Made by a program: the position numbers and the translations under genes. From positions 32,001-96,000 of the IMG/VR virus record IMGVR_UViG_3300045988_132810: a stretch of 64,000 nucleotides of DNA; one strand, written 5' to 3'. This document shows, one piece after another, positions 36,001 to 45,682 of the stretch (positions are counted from its first letter, which is position 1; every line of letters begins with the position of its first letter). This DNA is from a virus. The notes beneath the pieces were generated by a model. It saw nothing but the letters and a program-made list of their open reading frames with translations. It searched no databases and had not been told where the DNA came from.

Positions 36001-37850
36001 TCTCCAGTGACTCCTTCAATAGCAGATTCGTAATCTCCGAATTTATCAACGTCAACATTGATCTCTCCAGATTCAATTTTCGCGTTAAATGCTTCTTGGA
36101 ATGCTTGTCCTGCCTCAGAACCACGCTCGCCGAATAAGCGGTCAAGAGCAGACTCTTTTGCTCCAGCAGAACCAAACATGATTTCTGCTCGATCATTGTA
36201 ATTTTGCATCGAACTAAGAAGACCATTTACTGCCTTTTGTGCCTCTGTTAAATTGTCACCATCAAACCATTCCAAGTCGCTGACGCCATATTCTTCTTCT
36301 TTGCCTTTCATAAACTCGTCCCAATTGGACTGTGCGTCGGCATAATCTTCTTGCGCAGACTCTAAATTCTTTTCTAGCTTTTGGAACTTTTTGCTATTGG
36401 TGTCCATACCAGAGTCTAAGACATCCTGTACTTCTGCTTCCGCTTTGTCTAGTTTATCTTTGGCGTTCTTTACTTTACCTAATTCGTCTTCGAAATTGTT
36501 TGTTAAATCAGCCTCGCCAGCCGCTCGCGGCTTAAAATCTTGATCTGTATCTAATGCGCCCTTTACAGCCTCTGCTTGCTTGTTTTTCGCACGCTCTTCT
36601 CTTGCTTCTTCTAACCGAATCTGACGTTCAAGCTCGGCATTTTGCTCTTTTAATTTGTCAAGCTCTTCTTGCTCTGTAAGAGTTAATGGACCTTTAGATT
36701 CGAGCTCTTCTATACGATTCTTTGTAGTTTCTAATTCGGAGTTGAGAGACTCTATATTCGAACGAATATTGTCTAGTTCCTCACTAGTGTCTTTAAGTTC
36801 TTCTACGTAATCTTTATGAGACTTAGTTAATGCACAAATAGTCACAGTCAACGCAGCAATTGCAGCAACGGCCAAAATCGCCCAGCCAACAGGATTTGTT
36901 ACGAGCCAAGCTGCCGCAGTCGCCACTGCCTCCCAGATGCTTGCGGCCAATGCTTTAAAAGACACTATCAGTCCAGTATTCGCAGTAGTTAGCCCCATGG
37001 CAGCAATAATTGCTTCAGCGTCCGCACCAACAATTCCTTGCGTTGCAAGTGCTTCTCTAATCTTCGCTGCAGTATTTAAGTTCGTTGCAACAGTTTCTTC
37101 TCCTGCTTTACCAGTTAGGATTGTCCTTATAGCGGCTTCTTTTGTTGCATCACCAATTTTAGTCGAATTTAAAATCGCTTCTTTTACTTTTGCTCCATTT
37201 AGCGCTTCTATCGCTGCAGTTTCTCCTGCGTATGTGGCTATGTTGCTCTTGATTGCATTAGTTAACTTTGACCATAGGTCTGGCAAGAAAAACTTGCCGA
37301 GTTGGATACCAGCAATTGTAATAAGTGCGCTTTGCAACACGCCAACTTTGTCTATGATATTTACTAATCCAGTGCCAACATCCACAAGGAATTTAACAGC
37401 ATCAGACCTTATAAAATTCATCCACATTGTTTGGACTGCATTTGTAAACTGATCAATCTTTCCTTGAATACTATCCAAGTATTTTTCATTTTCGGCCATT
37501 GCACTGCCAGCAGAATCTGCAGATGTTTGCATCGCATCTTCTACTAAGTCAAAATTCTTAATAACGGCGGATAAAACATTTGCTTGTCTTTTCCCGCCTA
37601 GCAATTCTAGTGCGGCTGCTCGATTTACGTCCGTCATGTCGTCCCATACTTGAGACATTTCACGTAAAATTTCTGTAGTGTTCTTGAATGTATTCTCATC
37701 GAGCATAATGTCAACTTTACCGCCTGTTAAAGCTAACAATTTTTTCTGCAGTTCTGAGACGCTATTGGCCATGCCATCAACGTCCTCACCTGCATCTTCT
37801 AATTCTACCTTGGCTCCGCGAATACGAAGCGATAAGGTTTTCATTGCTGT
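30054..37850 (-). CDS. tail tape-measure protein, exon 2
   Basis: Begins TAMKTLSLRIRGAKVE (second half of the TP901-type tape-measure core). Followed by hydrophobic helices, long coiled coils, a Trp-rich repeat array and the C-terminal GNAHSGKKPG...IVGELGRELVV motif. Confidence 0.9.
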   Translation of the reverse strand, partial: TAMKTLSLRIRGAKVELEDAGEDVDGMANSVSELQKKLLALTGGKVDIMLDENTFKNTTEILREMSQVWDDMTDVNRAAALELLGGKRQANVLSAVIKNFDLVEDAMQTSADSAGSAMAENEKYLDSIQGKIDQFTNAVQTMWMNFIRSDAVKFLVDVGTGLVNIIDKVGVLQSALITIAGIQLGKFFLPDLWSKLTNAIKSNIATYAGETAAIEALNGAKVKEAILNSTKIGDATKEAAIRTILTGKAGEETVATNLNTAAKIREALATQGIVGADAEAIIAAMGLTTANTGLIVSFKALAASIWEAVATAAAWLVTNPVGWAILAVAAIAALTVTICALTKSHKDYVEELKDTSEELDNIRSNIESLNSELETTKNRIEELESKGPLTLTEQEELDKLKEQNAELERQIRLEEAREERAKNKQAEAVKGALDTDQDFKPRAAGEADLTNNFEDELGKVKNAKDKLDKAEAEVQDVLDSGMDTNSKKFQKLEKNLESAQEDYADAQSNWDEFMKGKEEEYGVSDLEWFDGDNLTEAQKAVNGLLSSMQNYNDRAEIMFGSAGAKESALDRLFGERGSEAGQAFQEAFNAKIESGEINVDVDKFGDYESAIEGVTGEVESLIAENPQFKVQLDSLGISAEDVARYFLNISGAMQQTSEATSVAVSDIASLTSAYDSYASVLQTVNDITFDGQAISDDYYTALQEYLGDVTVGEESFGDAIDTTNGKVVKNTRLLRALIAQKKKEQKATVSAAKAQSQSQYTKVVKQLQQAVKAMYADYKAYGYVTKATYDNISALRSQIQALKNAVKEYSILELKLSDVTNAYDEFEDAKNRDSEMAYGDSMVEMLETISDGLLSGKVGTEAFKAACEALVPPSVIANCKTFEERLDAIDDYFENSKFADYFTIDDDGNFSIGLKNIEAFIADAKEASAFIENADGTFTLDSSIKSVDDLANAMGLTKAATIAMLTELSKYDASWGDIVSDLTMTELDKKLRDTTDSLDKALAKQEEFFKAGKDPLGENAEEYNAIQQEIDGATDSLNNAQQAIVDNTKAWIDANNTVDTAKENVSTLTRELQELKDAGASDEEIQIKTDELEKAKEQLAEALKIKYGLEQPTVMDFQVVLTDVQSKIDQWKEENATLVTEVVPKLEQDKDGVWKIPATLELDEDQQQKIQEYVDLKNDEQQLEVLTNQEVDPITDGITQVKEVLDNILDAIQSPDKNKKQDTKTTDTTKTSSGTTSTSTEKSASTTSTSNVTGFEAQSPDQVIAGWNALVDEVVVEVQQFANNIWSGISTFFTETLPTVWDNLWSGIGDKLSGAEEWAQGLWEDINTFFTDTLPQKWDEFWNGVGECLDGVKDWAANVEEGVNTFFTETIPEKWNEFWGSVGEFLGDIPYAVGYISAKVEEFFTETVPEKWGEFWDNVSEDFDKVKQWASDLKDAVVTFFTETIPEKWDEFWDGVGEELNNLKEDAIALKDKVVEFFTTTIPTKWSEFWTSVGQYIDGTIAPALSAAWDSVYGFFTETVPEKWHSFWESVGTYVDEVIGPALVTAGEKILEFFTATLPTKWNEFWEGVGTFLTETVPTTLENIKTGISTFFTETVPSAINGLWESVSSWISTQARNFWNNLKSKFTQGREDAKSGSGYNPDGASSALGNALAKGNAHSGKKPGLKANEHNAIVGELGRELVVDANKGVYYTVGEHGTEMLDLPKGAIIYNHKQTEELLKNGYTSRGTYTGGLSFAKGNAHWNYGTYTKKTDTGANAAWGDGSDKDWSQMGWDLSDAASDLSDAASDVSDAADDAEQTIDFIEYKLEEIEKAITHMTNRIENFLDDTSQIGDKNSLYDDLVGAEKQKASTYFAAAELYNQKATELLSKVPAEYQEMAKNGAIAIKDFIGESEGEIADAIEEYRTWSTKAEDAENSYLESIAEISAKRLEQLNDIADDFENIVGLVEQHSNLIQAEMDLLDEAGERLSENFYKELMKDSQKQIEDLNNKRASLQSILDQAVASGDVRVGTDDWYEMVNAIYDVDDSILSCKKDIEGFQNSINDLYWDNLDKLISKIDNVDSELSHLYNLVSDEEKVVDEFGNWTKDGVTALGLLAQQLEVANFKVEQYGEAIARLEKDYSAGLYSTDEYNEKLAELKENQWDAIEAQESAKKSIIDLNKTRIESVKTSMQAEIDALSKLIDKKKEELSLQKDANDFAKQVAEQQKNIADIQKRLAVISGDNSASAIAQKKKLEAELKQAQDELNDLYYDHSIEKQQEALDKSLENYQDNKQDEMDALDESLKNENQVIQDSYAVIAANTDSLAQNLSEIADKYGITLSDSVTKPWLEGVDAIGTYQEQLDTSASAFTEQLRALKQELVDLQVEADKTADSIIKATNSKKNSTESAKYTPPTPSTPQQSPATEPSTPAAPTKGSSVTVKSSATHFSRDGGNGTRMQSWVPGSTFTVYQATDSEVLIGRNGGYTGWVRLSDIEGYSSGAKSIDKDQFAFLDELGEELQLVPDGAGRLSYIKKGTGIIPADLTERLMEWGKLDPSSVLEQSRPVVSAPHVINNNLELNLQVGEVVHIDRADNSSIQNITKAVQDQMDNYMKNINKKLYNRVR
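33030..34010 (-). repeat. in-frame tandem repeat array in the tape-measure gene (about 10 x about 37 aa, FFTETxPxKWxEFWxxVG)
   Basis: Repeated peptide units are visible in the translation. They also generate a stack of spurious + strand ORFs. Confidence 0.8.
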
Positions 37851-38163
37851 CGATCTATTACTTTCCCACGAAAACCAAATGGTACTGACCGATTATGTAA
37901 TCGGCGGCAAGGTCTTTCGGCCTTGCTCTACGATTTTATTTTTAGATTATTGTCGTAGTCTAGACTGGATCTTCACCCTCATTCCCGTCATTATACGGAG
38001 TAGGGGAACAGCGGAACCTGTTATGTTACCATAAAAGGTCTTACAGTCGTTACGGATACTTTGCACACTGCAAAGTCTTTCCTCGGTCTTGACCATCTCT
38101 GGCTTTTAACCGATATAGCTGTTTTCTTTCAATATATTACTATATTGTTAGGCTATTATGTTA
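37851..38163 (-). ncRNA. putative ORF-less group I intron in the tape-measure gene (313 nt)
   Basis: Excision gives ...VVQNPESVG|TAMKTLSLRIRG in frame. The exon ends in U and the intron ends in G. 5-bp P1 UAGGU/GCCUA with U.G at the splice site. The 3' end AGTAATAGATCG|ACAGC nearly matches that of the CotH-gene intron. Confidence 0.8.
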
Positions 38164-41100
38164 ACCTACAGATTCTGGATTTTGCACAACGCTATTGGCG
38201 GCTGTAATTAACCCAATAGACTCATCAAGTGTATTGCCAGCCTCTGCCATAGCACTAGCAGAACGCAATAGCGCTTGTCCAATACCTGATGAACTGATTG
38301 CAAAGTGGTTTCCCACCTCGTTGAATTTATCTACGATTCCCATAGCATGAGACGCTTCAATACCAAATCCGTGCATTGTAGAAATGATACTGTCAGAAGC
38401 CTCACCAATATCGGCTAGGTCATCACCAACGTTATAATAAACGGAAGCGGCCTTTGCCAAGTCAGATGCTTGTTCAATGTTATATCCTAACCTTGCGAAA
38501 TCTGCTGTAGCATTAGTAAAATCTTTAACGGTAGAGCCGATCTGCCCAGCAGTTTTAGACGCATCTTGTAAGAATCTCTTATAACTTTCATCAGTTTCGT
38601 CAGTAACTTTTTTCAGTTCAGTTAACGCTGCGTCAATTTCTCTTACATATGTAATACCTTGCTTAATTTGAGCAACAGTTTTATACACCATATTTGCGCC
38701 AGTAAAGTATGTAAGAATTTCACCAGACTTTTTCTTAACATTGCTAAAGAAAGAGCCAAGCGTACTACTTGCTTTGCCCATATTCTTAGCGGAAGCATTA
38801 ATAGCATTTCCCGCTTGATTAAACGATGCAGTTAGTTTTTCTACTTCGCCATTGCCATTCTTTATTGTAAAAGTAACCTTGGAATAGTTGTCAGCGAACT
38901 GAATAGATTTTTTATCTAACCCATCAAAAGAATTAGCAAATGCTTCTAATTCACTTCTTCTGCTTGCTTCGTCGCCAATATCAAAGCCATCAGAGACTGC
39001 ACGAGTGATATTACCAACTTTGTTTTTCATCTCTTCGGACTTCTTAATGATATTTTCAATTGCTTTGCCATATTTATTAAATGACTCAACTGCACTATCA
39101 AACTCTGCGGCCTTTTGCTTACCCAAATCCGAAGTGATGTCTATGTTTGCAAGCTCTTTTTGAAGTGTAATTATTCTTTGATATGCTTGCTCGTATTGCT
39201 GTAATTGAGTAGTAACCCCGGAGGCATTGGCATAGCCTTTGCTATTAACGCTATTAATTAACCCAGTATGCTTTGTTTCGACTTGTCCGACAACATCTGC
39301 CCCATACAAAGTATTGTTTTGCTTTGCTGAGTCCTTCTTTACCTTTGCGTACTGTTCAAAATCGCTCATGAGCTGCTTTGTCGCAGCACTCAACCTTTGC
39401 ATGTCATCTTCTGACACTTTACCAAAGGCTTCTTCGGACTTTGTTAGATCTTGTATCTCCTTTGATAGAGTTTCATATCTACTCTTTAACTGGCCAAGAT
39501 CACTATCTTTATCTACGAAGACTTCCGTATCAATTTTCCTAAAAGCAGAAGATAGCTTTTGATTTGCATCTATTAATGTTTTATAATTGTCTAGTTCTTT
39601 ATAGCTGTCGTTAGAACTTTTAGAACTACTAGAATGAGAAGTTATCCCTTTTCTTGTGCCCTTGCTGGAATCAGCTTCATTTCCAAGTGATTCAGCAGTT
39701 TTATCCGCGCTATCTTTTACATTTTGGTTTGCATTAGCAAAATCATTTTTCGCTTGAGTGGCTGACGCGAAAGCCTCGCTCGCTTCTCTCGCCTTTTCTA
39801 TTTCTTTTTCTATAGCAACCGCAGAAGCTTCCGCACTTTCCTTAACTCGTGCATTAGCTTCAACAAACTGATTTTTTTGTTCCGTCGCCGCCGCAAATGA
39901 TTCCTGTACACCACTAACGCTGGCTACTTCGGGAGCAGTCGTTGCAGGATCTCCTGTATTTTGACCATTAGCAATCTCACCAGTTGCTGTCTTCGAAACC
40001 TTTGACGCATCGCTCTGATTTTGTTTTTCTTTTTCTTTTGTAATTTGCTGTTGCGTTTCCAATTGTTGCTTTGCTTCTTCATTTTGTTGTTTCTCTACTG
40101 CCAACTCTTGCTCTGCCGCATCGGTGCCTTTTTGCTTTGCTTCTGTCGCACTACCTAATTGTACTTTTGCTTCAGCAAGCTTGGTTTTTAATTCATCAAT
40201 TACAGAAGACAAATTTTCAATTTTTGCTCTATATTCATCTACGACATCATTTGAAGTCATATTATCGACTTCGCTCATCGGGACAGAATTATCTAGAGCA
40301 TTTTGGATGTCGTAATAACTATTCTTCCACGAATCTAAAGCACCTTCCATACGAAGGATTTCTTCTTCCAATTCTTGTACTTGTTTTTGTGCCGCGTCAA
40401 GCTCGGAAGCGTCAACAGGATTTGTCGGAATAGCATTTAATTTTTCTTTAAGAGCGGCAATTTCTTGCATAAGCTCTTTTTCTTTTTCAAGCTGCGCGGT
40501 TTGATTGTCCATTTGATTAGACTGAGTTGAAGGCTGCCCAGACTGAATCTGATTAAGCTTTTCTTGCGCGGTAGTCTCCTCGTTGATAGCCTCAGTAGTT
40601 TTTTGATGTGCTTCTGCTGCTTGCGCTTCGATTTCCTTAATTCTAGCTACGCTTTGATTCCAAGCATTAGTAGAGTCAATTTCTCCACTCTCGAACGAGC
40701 TAAAAATATCTTTAAACTTGTCCCAATCGGCGGTGTGCGATGGATTTAATGTTGCCAATAAACTTTTTAATTTTTCAATTGGTGCAACAGAATTTTCTCC
40801 ATTCTTTTGTATTTCGGCTAAATAAGATGACAACTCTGGTAGCTGTTCCATTGTATATGTCTTAACAGTCGAAGCTAACCCATTGTCTGTAAACGCCTTA
40901 TCTAGGGCTTGATTGACTTTTTCATTAAACGCAGCAATCAACTGTTCATATGAAATGCCCGCTTGCGCCGCTTTTTCTTCTGCTCCTTTTATTAATCCAA
41001 CTTCTCCGTCATTATATTCCATCAGAGGAAATTCTTTTGTAGCTGCTTTTAAATTTTGAGAGTAAGATTCTCCAATTTTGATGGCCATTTCTTTAGAAAT

Positions 41101-42840
41101 GCCAGTAAAATCAATTGTTTTAACAACGCCATCTGCAATGATACCATTAATTTTTGTGCCTTGGTCATAAAACAACTTGGTAAATGAATTAATATCCGAC
41201 GGCGTAAATGCACTCATTCCATCTGGGTGATTGTGCAAAGACATTACGATATTTTCTTTTAGATTGTTGACAAGTTGTGATACTATTGCGTCTGTATCTA
41301 CCTGAAAATCCTTCCCAGAAAAAGAACTTACCACTTTGTCCGCGCCAAAAAGCGTCATAGACTCTTTTGCGTCGCCGCTACCTTTTGAATAACCAACCTC
41401 TTGCCCCGACGCAACATTTAATAATTCTTGTAGCTCGCCAGTTACACCGCTAACTTCTTTTGCGCTTTTTTGTGCAGCCGTAGGAATTTCAACATTAAGT
41501 AGCTCACAGATTTTAGAAAGTGCTTCGGCTCCGGTAATGTCTCCAAAGTCTAAATCTGAAAAGATCTGTTCAATTGCAGTCCCTGCCTCTTTAGACGCCT
41601 GAGAAACTTCTTTAATTTCATCGACAAGTGCCATTAACTTCTCTTCGTTTTGGGCCCCTTCGTCTGTCCCTGACAATAACGAGACATATTCTTTAACTCT
41701 TTTATTTAACTCATCATATAAAGAAATCTTTTTTTCTTCCGAAGTTCCATTTTCTTTTTCTACAAAATCATCTGGATTTTCAATGTTTTTAAGGTTGTCT
41801 ATTTCTAAATTAATATCTGCAATTTTTTGCTTATACTCGCTCTTTATCTTTTCAAGCGTAGCATTCTGCTTTGCTCTAAACTCTTCTAAAAACTCTTCGG
41901 CCCTATCATATTCTCTAGAATTTGCAGCATATGCCGTAGCGTCATCGCTACCATGCTCGAACACATAATCCATTGTGCTCTTTAACTGGCTTGCTGCCTT
42001 TATTTTTCTTACAAAAGCTTCTTCTTTCCCTGACTTGCCAGTTCTCTCTAATTCCGCAAGTTCTTGCTCTGCTTTTTTAAAATCTTCAACAAGGCCAGCT
42101 AGAACAGTAGTATCATTTTTCTTTGTTGTTTTTACTCTTTTGTCTTTGCCATTAAAAATGTCTAATGCTTCTTGATATCTTGCCTTTTGTTTTTCCAGTT
42201 CATCAATTTGTCGTTGAACTTCTTCGGAAATTTTATTACCTGCATCTTTGATATCGCTAGACACTTCATCCCCAGCAGACTTGATATTATCTCCAACTTT
42301 AGATAAATCAATCTCGCCAAATGCGATATTTAATTTACCATTTAACTCGCTGGCATATTGGATTAATGCATTAAACTGTTCTTCAACACTTTTAGTGTTA
42401 AAAAGGTCTAAGTCAATTTGTTTATCAATGCCAACGTTCTTGAGGATTGTATTTAATTGCTCTGCGTAGCTCAGTAATTCTTTCGTCGCACCTTTGTCTT
42501 TTAAATTAACACCACTAAGCCCAGTAAAAACGTTTTTAGACAACTCTGAAATCTGAGACATCTGTTCAACCATTTTATCAAAAGACTTCATATATCCGCT
42601 ATTAAGCTTATCTCCAAGACCTGCTTTGACGGAATCCAAATCTTTCCTAAGTGCCTTAACAGCATCGTCCATAGCGACAAACTGCTTAATAAAATTATTA
42701 AGATTTCCACGCTTGCCAATGTTTGCTAAAACTCCATCCACCTGTTCAGCTTGAGTCTTACATGCAACAAGGCTACTCATAAGATCATCAATACTATATT
42801 TAATTTTCGAAGTATAACTCGCTTCTGCCAAAAGAATCAC
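38164..42840 (-). CDS. tail tape-measure protein, exon 1
   Basis: 1559 aa, mostly coiled coil. Ends with the first half of the tape-measure core (...FAISSSGIGQALLRSASAMAEAGNTLDESIGLITAANSVVQNPESVG). Has an embedded JAB/MPN-like motif HNHPDGMSAFTPSD. Confidence 0.85.
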
Positions 42841-42848
42841 CTCCTACT

Positions 42849-43406
42849 TTATAAATATACTTTTAGCAATTGAGCTATTGTTTTTTGAAAATTATCTTCA
42901 AAATATCTACTGCCGTAATTGTTAATAAAATCTTTTAAAAATTCGTCTGGAATTTCTTTGCCAACAGTTTCACCATACATATATTCTCCGTCTTTAAAAT
43001 ATGTCCATGGGTGTTCGCCTTGTAAGAAATTCTCGAAGACATAATCGCCTTCAACTTGGCCACCACTTTCCCAAGAACCACCGCCTTGGTGTTTACTTGA
43101 GTTACTATGGTATGCACCTTCCAACGGAGCAGAATTCATATCAATATTTGTTGTTAGAGTAAATGTTCTTCCTCTTTTCTTTAAATCAGAATTTACTTTA
43201 TAAATATCATACAAATTATGTTGTCTCCCATACTTTGTATAAGCTCCATTTTTGTATTCATAATATTTGTCTACTGCCGTTTTTGCTGCGTCATTAAAAT
43301 CTTTTTCTGCTTGCATTCTACATATGTTTCCTGCAATTTCACTAACAGTTTCGACATTATCTATTAGTTTTTGTATAGCATCGCCTAATGTTTTTTCTGC
43401 GGCCAT
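42849..43406 (-). CDS. hypothetical protein (upstream of the tape-measure gene)
   Basis: 185-aa ORF with AGGAG upstream. Its position suggests a tail-assembly role, but I recognise no motif. Confidence 0.55.
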   Translation of the reverse strand: MAAEKTLGDAIQKLIDNVETVSEIAGNICRMQAEKDFNDAAKTAVDKYYEYKNGAYTKYGRQHNLYDIYKVNSDLKKRGRTFTLTTNIDMNSAPLEGAYHSNSSKHQGGGSWESGGQVEGDYVFENFLQGEHPWTYFKDGEYMYGETVGKEIPDEFLKDFINNYGSRYFEDNFQKTIAQLLKVYL

Positions 43407-43430
43407 ATGCCATCAACTCCTATAAAATAA

Positions 43431-43967
43431 TTATTTTAATTTATCAAGTGTGCTTAAAAGCTCATCAATATCTGCACCTTCTGGAAGGATGCTATTGATA
43501 TCGAAACCATCAACCTTCTTAGCAAGAGCATCTGCTAAAGTTGTCAGGCTTGAACTAATTCCATTAGCCATCTGCGCAAACGAAGCCTCAATTGAATTCT
43601 GACGCATTAATTTTTTCTCTTCATAATGCAACACTTCCTCAACATGGTTGTAATCCTTCCTGCACAGTTGCTCAACTGTGTCTAAAATATCATTGCTGCG
43701 TAGCATGTCATACTCCTTTAGCAGCGCTTCGAAATCTTCGCCAATATCTACGCCTGTATAGGCATTGAACGCAAACATAGAAAAATAAATATTTTTTTCA
43801 AAATCGTCCACATAGAAATAGCCATTATTGTCCGCAGAACATTTTTCTAAAGTGCGTAATGCAATATCATGTTTAGTCTGAATTGGAATATACCAAACCT
43901 TAATCATATCTGCTGCATTGTTGAACTGTCCTTCTTTAACTTTCTTAACAAATGTATTAACTTTCAT
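43431..43967 (-). CDS. hypothetical protein (tail assembly chaperone position)
   Basis: ORF 43431-43991. ATG 43967 follows GGAGGAA. Confidence 0.5.
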   Translation of the reverse strand: MKVNTFVKKVKEGQFNNAADMIKVWYIPIQTKHDIALRTLEKCSADNNGYFYVDDFEKNIYFSMFAFNAYTGVDIGEDFEALLKEYDMLRSNDILDTVEQLCRKDYNHVEEVLHYEEKKLMRQNSIEASFAQMANGISSSLTTLADALAKKVDGFDINSILPEGADIDELLSTLDKLK

Positions 43968-44033
43968 AATTGTTCCTCCATTTTTATTCAAAATTTTATA
44001 TATTAAATAACGTTTTGTTATTAATTTTCGTAT

Positions 44034-44534
44034 TTAATCTTCGCCCCAAACTTCTTCGTTGGCGAAATTATAAATTTTATGCGCCGCAACTCCTATGCAA
44101 ATTGCTTCACATTCATCTTCTGATAGATCAAGACCAAAATTTTCTTTTACATAATCAATACTCTGTTGCTTAAGCTCTTGGCGTTTTACTTTCGCCCCCT
44201 GAGAATATCCTAATGCTTTGCGCCATTGGCTTGGCAACAAAATATGCACATTGACATTATGAGCTTCCGCATAACCAATTATCATACCAGCCAATCTTGC
44301 CAAAATTATCATAGTCGCTGGGTTCGATTGTTGTTGCACATTTTCTAGAACAAGTTTCTCTGGTTTATACTTTTTAATAACCTTCCAAAGTTCTTTCGCC
44401 ATTTCAAAAGATCTTTTATCTGTTTCTAATTTGCTCTTGTTCATATCAACAACGCCAGATTCTATATATTGACCGTTTTCAAATATGGCATAACCAGAAC
44501 GACGTGTGCTTTGATCAAAACTTATGACACGCAT
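44034..44534 (-). CDS. ruvC: RuvC-like Holliday junction resolvase
   Basis: RVISFDQSTRRSGYAIFE (first catalytic Asp), LVLENV (Glu) and SEDECEAICIG (Asp) fit the RuvC fold signature. Confidence 0.8.
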   Translation of the reverse strand: MRVISFDQSTRRSGYAIFENGQYIESGVVDMNKSKLETDKRSFEMAKELWKVIKKYKPEKLVLENVQQQSNPATMIILARLAGMIIGYAEAHNVNVHILLPSQWRKALGYSQGAKVKRQELKQQSIDYVKENFGLDLSEDECEAICIGVAAHKIYNFANEEVWGED

Positions 44535-44584
44535 AACAATTCCTCCTTTCCGAGAGATTCATATTTACACTAATTTTAAATATA

Positions 44585-44608
44585 AAAAGAAGAAACCATT
44601 TGGCTTCT
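44585..44608 (-). terminator. possible rho-independent terminator after the lysis genes
   Basis: On the - strand: AGAAGCC-AAAT-GGTTTCT hairpin followed by TCTTTTTATATTT. Confidence 0.45.
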
Positions 44609-44639
44609 CCTTTAAACTACGATATACAATTTTTTGTTA

Positions 44640-45587
44640 TTAACTGTATAGAGCATCTACTCTGTTTTGTACTATTTGATAGTCATATCCCGCTGCTTCA
44701 AGGCGTGCTTGACGTTCTAAACCATTTCCCCATTCGCCTTGATATACCTCCAATACAATTTCATCTAATGTTTTACCTGAAGCAACAACTGATTCCGTAT
44801 TTGGAACAAGAATCTTTTGTCCTATATAAATAACATTAGGATCAGAAATTCCATTGTAGGAAGCAAGTTGTTGATATGTAATGCCATATTTTGTGGCAAT
44901 GTCAGAAAGAGTGTCACCAGATTTTACAGTATAAACTGTTTCTGTTTGACTTTGCGAAAAAGTTAATCCATTTTTACCAGCTTCTCTAATCAATGCAGGA
45001 TAATCAAAATAAGAAATGTTCATATCAACGCACCCAGAAATACCATTGACAATTCCAGAACTAGAATACTGCCAAATTCCATAGTCCTTGTTATACTGAC
45101 ATTCAGAATTATATTGAGCAATCCATCTTGCCTTAGTGTCATACCAAGAATCAGTCAGATATGCCTCATTCCAATATAAATTGGCATAAATACCAACCCA
45201 ATAACCAGCGTCTTCTAAAATGCCAACAAATTTTTTAGACATTTGAAGAATTAAATCTTGACTACATTTCCCAGTAGTATTAACGTCTTCTAAATCATAA
45301 TAAACGGGATATTCAAGTTTACGACCTTTTATCAATCTAAGTACATGTGTTGCTTCCGAAGCAGCTTTTTCTACTGTATCTGCATAACTGTACAAATACA
45401 CACCATAAGGTATACCAACTCTTTCGCATTCTAAAGCATTCCTTTTAAACCAAATATCATCTTGTTCTTCTAAGTTCATTCCATAGCCACAGCGAAGAAT
45501 TGCAAAATCAATTTCATCCTTTTTTACTGCATCCCAATCAATTTGTCCTTGCCATTCGCTCACATCAACACCTTTTAATTTTTTCAT
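44640..45587 (-). CDS. endolysin: GH25 muramidase with LysM and Cpl-7-like wall-binding modules
   Basis: GH25 start [31 protein letters not shown]. Lys[31 protein letters not shown]-terminal [31 protein letters not shown] (Cpl-7-like). Confidence 0.9.
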   Translation of the reverse strand: MKKLKGVDVSEWQGQIDWDAVKKDEIDFAILRCGYGMNLEEQDDIWFKRNALECERVGIPYGVYLYSYADTVEKAASEATHVLRLIKGRKLEYPVYYDLEDVNTTGKCSQDLILQMSKKFVGILEDAGYWVGIYANLYWNEAYLTDSWYDTKARWIAQYNSECQYNKDYGIWQYSSSGIVNGISGCVDMNISYFDYPALIREAGKNGLTFSQSQTETVYTVKSGDTLSDIATKYGITYQQLASYNGISDPNVIYIGQKILVPNTESVVASGKTLDEIVLEVYQGEWGNGLERQARLEAAGYDYQIVQNRVDALYS

Positions 45588-45605
45588 ATTATCCCTCCTT
45601 TTTGT

Positions 45606-45642
45606 CCATAAAAAATGAGGGAGTGTATTGCTACACTCCCTC
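45606..45642 (-). terminator. rho-independent terminator
   Basis: Perfect 11-bp stem GAGGGAGTGTA/TACACTCCCTC with a 4-nt loop, followed on the - strand by ATTTTTT. Confidence 0.65.
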
Positions 45643-45682
45643 GCCCATATAACTACTTCATATAGGCTATTTGTTTATAAAA

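Noticed and set aside
36937-37452. A 171-aa + strand ORF, and similar ORFs at 35185-35460, 41975-42175, 61463-61915 and 56234-56599.
   Set aside because: All lie antisense within long, motif-supported - strand genes. They have no start context and show Ser/Leu/Phe-rich composition typical of reverse-complement frames.
37851-38163. A group II intron or IS element as the identity of the inserts.
   Set aside because: They are far too short. They have no reverse transcriptase or transposase ORF, no GUGYG...AY boundaries and no terminal inverted repeats or target duplications. The U|...G| boundaries with a U.G-containing P1 fit group I.
42849-43991. A gpG/gpGT-style programmed frameshift between the two genes upstream of the tape-measure gene.
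   Set aside because: The genes are separated by a stop codon and 24 nt, and the second has its own AGGAG ribosome-binding site and ATG. I saw no slippery run at the end of the first gene.
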